Shown here: positions 53,962 to 62,593 of the stretch, piece after piece
Layout of the letters: each line of letters opens with the position of its first letter
Numbering within the stretch: position 1 is the stretch's first letter
Assembly (NCBI GenBank): GCA_029267355.1
Contig: JAJUJA010000002.1
Coordinates: 1,386 to 65,385 of the forward strand
DNA length: 64,000 nt
Direction of reading: 5' to 3'
Source of the DNA: Elusimicrobiota bacterium
GTDB lineage: Bacteria; Elusimicrobiota; Elusimicrobia; Elusimicrobiales; UBA9959
Made by a program: the position numbers and the translations under genes
The notes under the pieces: model-generated
Database searches by the model: none
Seen by the model: only the letters and a program-made list of their open reading frames with translations
Told to the model about the DNA's origin: nothing

Positions 53962-54965
53962 TTTTGCTCCGTTAAATTTTCCTGATCATTCTCGGCTGAC
54001 TTTTTTACGGCGGCTGGAATTTTTATCTCCTTGCTGTATCCGTTATTTTCATATATATCCCTGCCGGCCGCCCTGAGGTAAAAGAAATCCTGCGGCAATG
54101 CTTTTCTGTCAAGGGAAATAAAATACGGGGGCTGATAAATATAGCCGCCGATTTTTTGCCATTCAAATTTATCATAGGACATTTCCAGCCAGGCCTTCTG
54201 TATATCGGCGCCTATGACATTAAAAGAAGCCACAATATTTGAGTCCGACACCTCGGCTGAAAAATTTTTTATTATCACTTTAAACTCGTTCTTAGGCACA
54301 AGTTTTATGGCTATAGCCGGCTTTATTCCTGATATGGGAGTTTCCGCAGCGCCCGGCCCCGAAGGCGGAACGCCTTTAATAGAGCGGTTCAGCCAAACAT
54401 CCTCTTCTTCACCTTCTTTATATCCGGCTGCTATTATCGGAGAGGTTTTGCTGGAAACAAAATTATCGGACTGCGACCATATGGCTATATAATTGTCTTT
54501 CTCGCCGCTTATTCTTGACAAAGGCACGGAAGCCCAGAACCATCTTGATTCTCCCGCCCCGGGCACGCTTTCATTTTCCAGCGGCTCTTTTGGTATATCT
54601 TCACCTGAAGCCAGAAAATAGCCGGCATCAGAGCTGAAAGACGGCCTGTCTGAAACCGCGGCATAAATTTTGCCTTCCACAGGGGAAAAGTCCTTTTCAG
54701 TCTTGGCTCTGCCGAGCTTTGCCCCTATATACGCTTTTTCAATCCCGTCTTTTTTTACAGGCGGCAATTTGACTATCCATGAATTGTTATATCCCACATA
54801 CCAGTCGGCGTGAAAACCTCCATTGGCATACATAAAATACGCGCCCAAATCGCTTATTTGCGAGACATATCTTATGGGAGGATATTTTGAGCTTTCCTGT
54901 GCAAAAGCCGCCATTGAGAAAAAGGACACTAAGCAAAAAAACAAGTTAACATAATATTTACGCAT
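53958..54965 (-). CDS. Secreted hypothetical protein
   Basis: Signal peptide (LFFCLVSFFSMAAFA). Co-transcribed by position with parAB and asd. Confidence 0.5.
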   Translation of the reverse strand: MRKYYVNLFFCLVSFFSMAAFAQESSKYPPIRYVSQISDLGAYFMYANGGFHADWYVGYNNSWIVKLPPVKKDGIEKAYIGAKLGRAKTEKDFSPVEGKIYAAVSDRPSFSSDAGYFLASGEDIPKEPLENESVPGAGESRWFWASVPLSRISGEKDNYIAIWSQSDNFVSSKTSPIIAAGYKEGEEEDVWLNRSIKGVPPSGPGAAETPISGIKPAIAIKLVPKNEFKVIIKNFSAEVSDSNIVASFNVIGADIQKAWLEMSYDKFEWQKIGGYIYQPPYFISLDRKALPQDFFYLRAAGRDIYENNGYSKEIKIPAAVKKSAENDQENLTEQK

Positions 54966-54988
54966 TAATTATCACCTGCCCTTCAGCG

Positions 54989-55846
54989 TCAGTTCTTCAG
55001 CTTGAAAACTATTCTGTCAAAATCTTCCAGCGAATAGTAATGGAGAATTATTTTCCCCACCCTGTGATCCGGACCTGGAATTATTTCAACTTTGGCACCC
55101 AGCGCCCTTTCAAGCTCGGCTTCCGCCTGACTGACTTCCGGATTTTTTGTCTCTGCCGTTTTGTTTCTTTTGGAAGACGATTTATTGAAAGTCTTGGCCA
55201 GGGCCTCAACATCCCTGACAGAAAGCTTCTCCGAAATCACTCTTTCAAAAACTCTCTTTCTCTCGGCTTTGTCCGGCACCGAAAGCAAAGCCCTGGCATG
55301 CCCCTCATCCATACTCCCGTTTCTAAGCGCGCTGATCATCTCATCATCAAGCTCAAGCAGTCTTATGGAATTTGAAACAGCATATTTGGACTTGCCGCAG
55401 AAGTCTGCAACTTCAGTCTGATTCATAGAAAAATCGCTCATCAGTTTCTTATATGCCAAAGCTCTTTCAACAGGATTTAAATTTTCTCTCTGCAGGTTTT
55501 CTATCAGGGCGACAGCCAGTTTTTTGCTGTCTTCCATATTCTTTCTCACTATGGCTTCTATATGGGTAAGCCCGAGATGTTTGAAAGCCCTGAACCTTCT
55601 CTCGCCAGCTATTATCTCATAATTGCCGCCCTCTATTTCCTGCACTATTATGGGCTGGGCCAAACCATGCTTCTTTATTGAAGCAGCCAGCTCTTTTATG
55701 GCTTCCTCGTCAAAATCCTGTCTCGGCTGAAGTCTGTTAGGCACTATCTTTTCCAAAGCTATTTTCCTTATATTCTGCCCGCCGGCATCGTTTTCCTGAA
55801 CCCTTGTTATCAGGGCGTCTATTCCTTTTCCCAATGCTTTTCTCAT
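54989..55846 (-). CDS. parB: Chromosome partitioning protein ParB
   Basis: ParB box (GLAQPIIV...YEIIAGERRFRA) and an HTH segment. I prefer the ATG at 55846 (MRKALGKGIDALI), preceded by GGAGG. Confidence 0.92.
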   Translation of the reverse strand: MRKALGKGIDALITRVQENDAGGQNIRKIALEKIVPNRLQPRQDFDEEAIKELAASIKKHGLAQPIIVQEIEGGNYEIIAGERRFRAFKHLGLTHIEAIVRKNMEDSKKLAVALIENLQRENLNPVERALAYKKLMSDFSMNQTEVADFCGKSKYAVSNSIRLLELDDEMISALRNGSMDEGHARALLSVPDKAERKRVFERVISEKLSVRDVEALAKTFNKSSSKRNKTAETKNPEVSQAEAELERALGAKVEIIPGPDHRVGKIILHYYSLEDFDRIVFKLKN

Positions 55847-55859
55847 CTTTTCCTCCGGC

Positions 55860-56696
55860 TTATTCTCCGTAATCATAGTCAATAGCGTCTTCGCTCACAT
55901 ATATTTCCGACTTTTTGTAATTTTCAATATTCACGCCCCTTCTGGCCAAAAACTCCAGCGCCAAATTCTTGTATGCCTGCGCGCCTCTTGAGCTTGGATC
56001 ATATGTGAATATCGGCTGACCGAAACTCGGGGCTTCGGCCAATCTCACATTTCTCGGAACCACGGTCTTATACAATCTTTCGCCATAGTATTTTGAAATC
56101 TCGTTTAAGACCTGATTAGCAAGATTTATCCTTGAATCGAACATGGTTATTATGCCGCCGTCTATCTTCAGCCCCGGATTCAAGGCTTGCTTTATCTTGT
56201 CCACAGTATTTGTAAAATAGGTAAGCCCTTCCATAGAATAATACTCGCATTGAACCGGCGTTATGACAGAATCCGAGGCGGTGAGAGCGTTTACAGTTAA
56301 AAGCCCGAGAGAAGGCGGACAGTCTATTATTACAAACTTATACATATCCTTAAGAGGAGACAAAGACCGCTTAAGCACAGATTCCCTGGAAAACTCGCTT
56401 ACCAGCTCTATTTCTGCGCCGGCCAAGTTATGATTAGTAGGCAATATATCCAATAATTCAACCGAAGTTTGCCTTATGGCCTTTTCCAATGGGGCGGTTT
56501 CAGACAAAACATCATAAATACCCGGGGTATCCTTGCTCATTTCTATACCCAGACCGGAAGTGGCATTTCCCTGGGGGTCCAAATCCAGTATCAAGGTCTC
56601 AAAATTGAGAGCCGCAAGAGCAACGGCCAGATTTATTGCCGTGGTAGTTTTCCCCACTCCGCCCTTTTGATTGGCTATAGCTACTATTTCGGCCAT
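55860..56696 (-). CDS. parA: Chromosome partitioning ATPase ParA/Soj
   Basis: Deviant Walker A NQKGGVGKTT and Walker B-like segments. I prefer the ATG at 56696 (MAEIVAI), preceded by GGAG. Confidence 0.93.
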   Translation of the reverse strand: MAEIVAIANQKGGVGKTTTAINLAVALAALNFETLILDLDPQGNATSGLGIEMSKDTPGIYDVLSETAPLEKAIRQTSVELLDILPTNHNLAGAEIELVSEFSRESVLKRSLSPLKDMYKFVIIDCPPSLGLLTVNALTASDSVITPVQCEYYSMEGLTYFTNTVDKIKQALNPGLKIDGGIITMFDSRINLANQVLNEISKYYGERLYKTVVPRNVRLAEAPSFGQPIFTYDPSSRGAQAYKNLALEFLARRGVNIENYKKSEIYVSEDAIDYDYGE

Positions 56697-56727
56697 ATTA
56701 ATCTCCATTTAGCGATACTGAAGCTTT

Positions 56728-56747
56728 TAGTTTTCACGTGAAAACTA
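56728..56747. promoter_or_regulatory. parS-like palindrome 1
   Basis: Perfect 20-bp palindrome TAGTTTTCACGTGAAAACTA. The central 12 bp, TTTCACGTGAAA, are identical to the core of the widespread parS consensus TGTTNCACGTGAAACA. It lies 32 nt upstream of the parA ATG. Confidence 0.7.
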
Positions 56748-56752
56748 CTTAA

Positions 56753-56781
56753 ATATTATCAAAAAACACTTGAAAGGTCAA
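56753..56781 (-). promoter_or_regulatory. Candidate parAB promoter
   Basis: On the minus strand: TTGACC (56781->56776), a 17-nt spacer, then TAATAT (56758->56753). The predicted transcription start falls inside parS-like site 1. Confidence 0.45.
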
Positions 56782-56797
56782 TTATAAGCAGCTGTTT

Positions 56798-57391
56798 TTA
56801 GTCTTTTCTCTCAAAATATACTAAATCCGCCATAAAAACAGCGCCGAGAAGCAATGCTTTTTCTTCAATAGAGGCATTGGCTGGGAACTTAATAGTGAAA
56901 TTATCTGCATCGGTAAACATCTCCTTGCCGGCCCCGGACCATTTTTTCAATATTTCCCCCGCTTCAATACCGTTTTTATAAACTTTAAGCGTCCAGGGAT
57001 GCAGTATTTCAGACTCTATTCTATAAAGCTCGCCGCCGTTCTCATCCTCAACTGTCAGTTTTTTCTTTACAAGCGACCATTGTCTTTTAATTTTTCCATA
57101 GTACTTACCGTTGAAATCCCCAACCCTGCCCTCATGGAAGAAGAATCTGAAAGGTTTAACTATCTTGAAAACGCCGGCGCCGTCAAGATTCATAACATGC
57201 ACCTCAAGAGGCCTCATAAACTGAAGGAATAACCTTGCCAGGAATGAGCTTTTCTCTGCGGCAAAATATACATCATTGTCATAGGAATCCTTGACTGAAT
57301 ACCTGTTTTTCCCCTCAAAGCCGGAAAAAACCTCTATCCATTCAACCTTTTGCTTTACAGTCGCCATCTCCATAGTTCTCAGCTTTTCCAT
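56798..57391 (-). CDS. Scramblase-family (PLSCR/LURP-one, Tubby-C-like fold) protein
   Basis: VKQKVEWIEVFSGFEGKNRYSVKD...VYFAAEKS...RPLEVHVMN... and the C-terminal hydrophobic segment ALLLGAVFMADLVYFE follow the phospholipid scramblase family pattern. Confidence 0.78.
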   Translation of the reverse strand: MEKLRTMEMATVKQKVEWIEVFSGFEGKNRYSVKDSYDNDVYFAAEKSSFLARLFLQFMRPLEVHVMNLDGAGVFKIVKPFRFFFHEGRVGDFNGKYYGKIKRQWSLVKKKLTVEDENGGELYRIESEILHPWTLKVYKNGIEAGEILKKWSGAGKEMFTDADNFTIKFPANASIEEKALLLGAVFMADLVYFERKD

Positions 57392-57400
57392 TTTCCCTCC

Positions 57401-57763
57401 TTAGCCTATAACCACCTCTATCACAGAATTTTCTCTTTCAAGTCTCACCTTACTGAAGCTTACGAGACTATCTCTCACCTTTTTAAGTTCCTCGGTAAAA
57501 AGATTTATTCCATTGTATTTAAGATCAGCGTTTATTCTGCTCATAATGGCAGACAAAAAAAGCTCATTAACATCTGCATTAGTTTCTTTTACCCTATCCC
57601 CTGAAATTATCCTTATGGAGAGTTTTTTTCCTTTTCTCCTCATTTTACCTAAGGACCTTGAATCATCATCTTCCTGTAAGGCGTTTAAAAGCTCCAGGGC
57701 CTCATAGGCGTTTATTTTCCCTTCTTCAAGCATAGTCAATATTTTTATCTTTCCGTGATCCAT
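57401..57763 (-). CDS. Small protein with an N-terminal SHOCT-like / YvlB-LiaX-N-like helix pair
   Basis: KILTMLEEGKINAYEALELLNAL is the typical SHOCT-like motif. The rest has no motif I recognise. Confidence 0.45.
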   Translation of the reverse strand: MDHGKIKILTMLEEGKINAYEALELLNALQEDDDSRSLGKMRRKGKKLSIRIISGDRVKETNADVNELFLSAIMSRINADLKYNGINLFTEELKKVRDSLVSFSKVRLERENSVIEVVIG

Positions 57764-57774
57764 ATATCCCTCAA

Positions 57775-57792
57775 AGTTTTCACGTGAAAACT
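57775..57792. promoter_or_regulatory. parS-like palindrome 2
   Basis: Perfect 18-bp palindrome AGTTTTCACGTGAAAACT with the same core as site 1. It overlaps the stop of the DUF2089-like gene and lies 12 nt upstream of the ATG at 57763. Confidence 0.7.
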
Positions 57793-58159
57793 ATTTTTTT
57801 ATATCTTTTATCATTTTTACGGCATCCTGAGCGGTTATCTCGCCCCTCTCAAGTTTTTTAAGTATTTCCATCTTTTTATTTTTAGCGTCAAAATCATAAT
57901 CGGATATACCCATTTTATTAACTATCTCTTCCAGCCTGGATTTAACAGTAGGATAAGAAATATTAAAAATTTTCTCCATCTCCTTTATCCTGCCGCCTGT
58001 AGCCAAAAAAACTTTAACAAATTCAAGCTCATTTTCATCAAGACAATCAAAAGAACTTAATTGGAATTTGCCTTTTATAGATGTGGAACAGGCATCACAG
58101 TGAAATTCGCTTATATGTATTTTGGAATTACACGATGGACATTTATTTGGCTTTTTCAT
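57791..58159 (-). CDS. DUF2089-like protein (N-terminal zinc ribbon plus C-terminal HTH)
   Basis: CPSC...x12...CDAC zinc ribbon, then FVKVFLATGGRIKEMEKIFNISYPTVKSRL (HTH), then a SHOCT-like tail LERGEITAQDAVKMI. I prefer the ATG at 58159, preceded by GGAG. The track start at 58195 is a TTG. Confidence 0.62.
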   Translation of the reverse strand: MKKPNKCPSCNSKIHISEFHCDACSTSIKGKFQLSSFDCLDENELEFVKVFLATGGRIKEMEKIFNISYPTVKSRLEEIVNKMGISDYDFDAKNKKMEILKKLERGEITAQDAVKMIKDIKK

Positions 58160-58208
58160 TTTAATAATCTCCAAATTAACTTTTTTAATAAGCAACTAAA
58201 TTTATTTA

Positions 58209-58238
58209 ATTTTAGAATAATTTTTATGAAATTGTCAA
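58209..58238 (-). promoter_or_regulatory. Candidate promoter of the DUF2089 / SHOCT-like / scramblase operon
   Basis: On the minus strand: TTGACA (58238->58233), an 18-nt spacer, then TAAAAT (58214->58209). Confidence 0.45.
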
Positions 58239-58302
58239 CTAAATTTTTAAAAATAAGTCCTCATAAGAAAATACAAGGCGTAGGCATAAAGGAGGGAATA
58301 AA

Positions 58303-58324
58303 AAAGGGGCCCGAAGGCCCCTTT
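58303..58324 (-). terminator. Rho-independent terminator after the repeat-protein gene
   Basis: The minus strand reads AAAGGGGCC-ttcg-GGCCCCTTT, followed by a T-run. Confidence 0.8.
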
Positions 58325-58340
58325 CTACTTGAAAGTTATT

Positions 58341-59318
58341 TTATTGCTGATTCAAGAAAACAAAGAAGTATTGAAGGAAATCATAAAGGTCGCAATTCTC
58401 AAGTTTAACCTCAACCGGAGCATGATTCATAGCGCCCTTGAGCTCGCCTGAGACTTTATCAAATGTAAGAGAAACAGGGGAATGATTGGCATATCCCTCA
58501 ATTTCCACAATATTCTCGCCGGCCTGCCCCTCTTTCATATCAAAGCTTAATTCCAGGGGTGAATTGTTTGAATAACCTTTTAGAGTGCCTTCTTTCCATT
58601 TGACTGTATAGTCCACGGGGCTTCTATTGGCGGCGCCGTATACTCTTACCTGAGAAACGCTCCAATCAAATTTAAGGTCTGAGTTTATTTGATTTACAGC
58701 GCCCTTTATGGTCTTTTCCTTATGGTCAATCTCAAGCCAAACAAAGCCGAGATTCAAATTACCTCTTATAACCCAGTTGATTTTATCCAACGTAAGATCC
58801 GCAGGGGCATAGTTCATAAGACCTTTAATAGTGCCGATTCTCACGGCATAAGCTGACTTAACAGAAAAAAGTTCATCATAAGTCTTTTTGCCGACCCTAA
58901 CTTCCTTCACATAATAGTATTTTGCCAGCCCCAGGGCTTCCGAGGCGGCATTTTTGCCTTTAAGGTCCGCTATTATGAAGTAAAAACCGGATCCGTCCTG
59001 ATAAGCGGAAACCTTAAATCCGTCCTTCTGTAAATCTTTCAAATAGAAATCAATGTCTCCAGGCTTAAGTATCAGTAAAACCGAATCATCGGCCTGAGGA
59101 TCTATTTCATTTACCTTTATCTTGGCCAGCGCCATGTTTTGCTGATTATATTTGCCGTTTTCGACGGAAAAACCGCTGTTCTGCGGGGCAGGTATGGCTG
59201 AAAAAGCTTCGGAGAAATCAACTGATTTAATCTCAGATCCAGCTCTGGAATTTTCAAAAGACTGAGAATAGCAGTTATATGAAAGAAACATTATGGCAGA
59301 AACTATAATTTTCACCAT
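58341..59318 (-). CDS. Secreted protein with about seven tandem short repeats in the C-terminal half
   Basis: I prefer the ATG at 59318 (MVKIIVSAIMFLS signal peptide), preceded by AGGAGG. The repeats have the form h-x-G-x-x-N-x-x-P-h-x-h-x-h-D, for example LKGYSNNSPLELSFD, IEGYANHSPVSLTFD and LKGAMNHAPVEVKLE. Confidence 0.55.
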   Translation of the reverse strand: MVKIIVSAIMFLSYNCYSQSFENSRAGSEIKSVDFSEAFSAIPAPQNSGFSVENGKYNQQNMALAKIKVNEIDPQADDSVLLILKPGDIDFYLKDLQKDGFKVSAYQDGSGFYFIIADLKGKNAASEALGLAKYYYVKEVRVGKKTYDELFSVKSAYAVRIGTIKGLMNYAPADLTLDKINWVIRGNLNLGFVWLEIDHKEKTIKGAVNQINSDLKFDWSVSQVRVYGAANRSPVDYTVKWKEGTLKGYSNNSPLELSFDMKEGQAGENIVEIEGYANHSPVSLTFDKVSGELKGAMNHAPVEVKLENCDLYDFLQYFFVFLNQQ

Positions 59319-59438
59319 CAAACCTCCTATTATTTGCTCACTTATATAATTCTCCAAAAAAATGAGGAAAAATCCTATAGACTTAGGGGCAAAATTTGGA
59401 AGTTTTTTGTGCCTGCTCAAAATAGGACTTAAGGGTAA

Positions 59439-60149
59439 ATGAAATTTGCTAAAATTAATCTCATGAGAAAAACAGAATTAATAACGGCTTTGGACCTTGA
59501 GCTTGACGAGGCTCAAGAGCTGGTTAAAACGCTGTCAAAGGATGTGAAATATTACAAAATAGGGCCGGTGCTTTTTATGCGCCACGGCCTCAAAGCGATA
59601 GAAATGGTAAAAAAATACGGGGGGGAAGTTTTTCTGGACCTGAAACTTCACGATATACCCAATACCGTAAAAGAAGCCATAGAAAACGCCAATAAACTGG
59701 GCATTTACTCAATTTCAATGCATATACTCGGCGGCCCCACTATGCTAAAAGCCGGAATTAATGCGGCAAAAAAACTGAAAATATGGGGCGTGACCATTTT
59801 GACAAGCATAGATCTCATAGAATTTCATAGAATAGGATTCAGATACAGCCTTGAAAAACAGGTTCAGCATCTTGCCAAACTGGCCAATGAAACTGAACTT
59901 GACGGCGTTATAGCCTCGCCGAGAGAGCTTTATTATTTAAGGAATACTCTGGGCGAAAAAATAAAAATCATAACCCCGTCAATAAGAATGGGCTCAACGC
60001 AAAAAGATCCTTTTGACGATCAAAAAAGATTTTTAACTCCGAAGGAAGCAAAGGAAAAAGGCGCCGATTTTATAGTGGTAGGCAGACCTATAACTCAGGC
60101 CAAAGACCCGCTAAAAGCCGCCAGGGAAATACTCAAGGAAATAGAATGA
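59439..60149 (+). CDS. pyrF: Orotidine 5'-phosphate decarboxylase
   Basis: LITALD...YKIG...FLDLKLHDIPNTV and the C-terminal VVGRPI blocks. The real start may be the ATG at 59463. Confidence 0.9.
   Translation: MKFAKINLMRKTELITALDLELDEAQELVKTLSKDVKYYKIGPVLFMRHGLKAIEMVKKYGGEVFLDLKLHDIPNTVKEAIENANKLGIYSISMHILGGPTMLKAGINAAKKLKIWGVTILTSIDLIEFHRIGFRYSLEKQVQHLAKLANETELDGVIASPRELYYLRNTLGEKIKIITPSIRMGSTQKDPFDDQKRFLTPKEAKEKGADFIVVGRPITQAKDPLKAAREILKEIE
59447..59455 (+). promoter_or_regulatory. Extended -10 (TGcTAAAAT) 7 nt upstream of an in-frame pyrF ATG at 59463; candidate leaderless promoter
   Basis: TGCTAAAAT at 59447-59455, TAATCTC, then ATG at 59463 (MRKTELITALD). Confidence 0.45.
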
Positions 60150-60706
60150 GAAATCTAAGGGAAATACTTGAAAAAAAGAAAGCCCTGCTTACGGGCCATT
60201 TTCTGCTTTCAAGCGGACTGCACAGCCCCAATTATGTTCAATGCGCCCTGGCCTTAAGCGACACAGCTCTGGCGCGCCAGCTTGGCAGGGCCCTGGCTGA
60301 AAAATGGAAAGGCCCCAAACCGGATATTATAGTTTCTCCCGCTATGGGGGGGATAATAATAGGCCATGAAACGGCCGCCGCTATGAAATTGCCCTTTTAT
60401 TTTACGGAGAGGGAAAACGGCGAAATGACATTGAGAAGAGGTTTCAAAATTGAAAAAGGCCGAAAGGTTTTAATAGTTGAAGATGTTTTCACAACAGGAA
60501 AATCCACGCTTGAAACAGCCAGGGCGCTGAAAAAGAGCAAAGCGAAAGTTATCGGCGCGCTGTCCATAGTGAACAGAATGGGGAAAAGAAGGCTGCCTTT
60601 GAAAAATTCCAGTCTCATAAAGATAGACATAAAAACATTCAGTCCTGAGAAATGCCCTCTCTGCAAACAGGGAATACCGGCGGTAAAACCGGGGAGCCGG
60701 AAATAA
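60146..60706 (+). CDS. pyrE: Orotate phosphoribosyltransferase
   Basis: GHFLLSSGLHS block and the PRPP-binding loop VLIVEDVFTTGKST. Confidence 0.9.
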   Translation: MRNLREILEKKKALLTGHFLLSSGLHSPNYVQCALALSDTALARQLGRALAEKWKGPKPDIIVSPAMGGIIIGHETAAAMKLPFYFTERENGEMTLRRGFKIEKGRKVLIVEDVFTTGKSTLETARALKKSKAKVIGALSIVNRMGKRRLPLKNSSLIKIDIKTFSPEKCPLCKQGIPAVKPGSRK

Positions 60707-60718
60707 AAAGGAGTTTTT

Positions 60719-62389
60719 ATGCCCACAGATATAGAAATAGCAAGACAGATAAAACTTAAGCATATACGCGATATTGCCGCCATGGCTTCAATAAAGGAAG
60801 ATGACCTTATATATTACGGCAAATACAAGGCGAAATTGCCTTTGAGCCTGATAAATGAGGAAAAGATCAAGAAGTCCAAATTAATACTTGTCTCCGCCAT
60901 AACACCCACTCCGGCCGGTGAAGGCAAAACTACAGTTTCCATAGGCCTTACCCTGGGCATGAACCGCATAGGCAAAAAAACCATAGTCGCTCTCAGAGAG
61001 CCTTCGCTCGGCCCGGTATTCGGCATAAAGGGCGGCGCCACAGGCGGAGGCTGGTCTCAGGTGCTTCCTATGGAGGACATAAATCTCCATTTCAATGGAG
61101 ATTTCGGCGCCATAGAAAAAGCGCATAATCTGCTTTCAGCTATAATAGACAACAATATACAGAACAAGAAGAACAATATAGGCCTGGATCCGAGAACCGT
61201 AACCTGGAAAAGGGTAATGGATATGAATGACAGGTCTTTAAGAAAAATAATAGTGGGGCTCGGCGGCACAATGAGCGGAGTGCCCCGCGAAACCGGTTTT
61301 GATATAACAGCGGCCAGCGAGGTTATGGCCATACTTTGCCTTTCCAAAGATCTACGCCATCTCAAAGAAAAACTTGGAAATATATTTATTGGCTACACCT
61401 ATGACAAGAAGCCGGTTTATGCCAGAGATCTCAAAGCTAACGGCGCCATGGCCGCTCTTTTGAAAGACGCCATAATGCCCAATCTAGTTCAAACAAGCGA
61501 AGGCACGCCGGCCATAATTCACGGCGGCCCTTTCGCCAATATAGCCCACGGGTGCAATTCAATAATAGCCACAAAAACGACGATGAGCCTGGCCGATTAC
61601 ACCGTAACCGAGGCCGGCTTCGCCTTTGAACTTGGCGCCGAAAAATTCCTTGATATAAAATGCAGATATGCCGGTCTTTCACCGTCGGCAGCCGTTCTTG
61701 TCGCCACGGTAAGAGCGCTCAAATATCACGGCGGAGCTTCCTTAAAAGATTTAAATACCCCTGACCCCGCCAAAGTGGCCAAAGGCCTTGAAAACCTTGA
61801 AAAGCATATAGAGAATATGAAACAGTTCAATATATGCCCTGTGGTGGCCATAAACAAATTCACTTCCGATACCCCTCAGGAAATAGAGGAAATAAAGAAA
61901 AAATGCGCTGAGCTCGGCGTGCCGGCAATAGAGGCGGATGTATGGGGCAAAGGCGGAGAAGGCGCCATTGAACTGGCTAAAAAGGTAAGCGAAATAGCCG
62001 ACGCTGCCAAATGCTCCTATTCGCCGATATATGAGCTGGAATGGAGCGTTGAGAAAAAGATAGAGACCATAGCGTCAAAAATGTACGGCGCTCAGCATAT
62101 AGACTATACAGCAAAAGCTAAAAAAGATCTTGAAAAAGTCTATAAACTCAATCTGGACAAATTGCCTGTATGCATAGCCAAGACGCAAAAATCTCTTTCA
62201 GACAATCCTGACCTTATAGGCAGGCCCAAGGATTTTGTCGTAACTGTAAGGGAAATAGAAATAGCCTCAGGCGCAGGCTTCATAATACCCATAACCGGCG
62301 AGATTATGCGTATGCCCGGGCTGCCCGAGCATCCAGCCGCCGAGAACATAGACATAGATGAATCAGGCAATATAAGCGGCCTGTTCTGA
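60719..62389 (+). CDS. fhs: Formate--tetrahydrofolate ligase
   Basis: PTDIEIA start, P-loop-like TPTPAGEGKTT, the PSLGPVFGIKGGATGGG block, 556 aa. Confidence 0.96.
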   Translation: MPTDIEIARQIKLKHIRDIAAMASIKEDDLIYYGKYKAKLPLSLINEEKIKKSKLILVSAITPTPAGEGKTTVSIGLTLGMNRIGKKTIVALREPSLGPVFGIKGGATGGGWSQVLPMEDINLHFNGDFGAIEKAHNLLSAIIDNNIQNKKNNIGLDPRTVTWKRVMDMNDRSLRKIIVGLGGTMSGVPRETGFDITAASEVMAILCLSKDLRHLKEKLGNIFIGYTYDKKPVYARDLKANGAMAALLKDAIMPNLVQTSEGTPAIIHGGPFANIAHGCNSIIATKTTMSLADYTVTEAGFAFELGAEKFLDIKCRYAGLSPSAAVLVATVRALKYHGGASLKDLNTPDPAKVAKGLENLEKHIENMKQFNICPVVAINKFTSDTPQEIEEIKKKCAELGVPAIEADVWGKGGEGAIELAKKVSEIADAAKCSYSPIYELEWSVEKKIETIASKMYGAQHIDYTAKAKKDLEKVYKLNLDKLPVCIAKTQKSLSDNPDLIGRPKDFVVTVREIEIASGAGFIIPITGEIMRMPGLPEHPAAENIDIDESGNISGLF

Positions 62390-62593
62390 GAACGGATTAA
62401 TTAGTGAACCTGTTCATTCAATTTATATGCTTTCTCTATGTAGAGGCATATATGCCTCAGCCGATATCTGATCATTCATAAATTTGAGATTGAACAAGTT
62501 TTCATCTCCATTAAGTTTAGAAGAACTTGCAATATCGAATAAATAATGCTAGGAAATATTTAAGACCTACTGCTTATTCAGGGCAAAATAGAA

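Noticed and set aside
53573-54076. 167-aa plus-strand ORF.
   Set aside because: It is antisense to asd and to the downstream secreted-protein gene, so it is a shadow ORF.
62400-62480. A short minus-strand ORF (MNDQISAEAYMPLHRESI) in the spacer after fhs, as a possible toxin/antitoxin remnant.
   Set aside because: It has only 18 codons, no SD and no recognisable motif.
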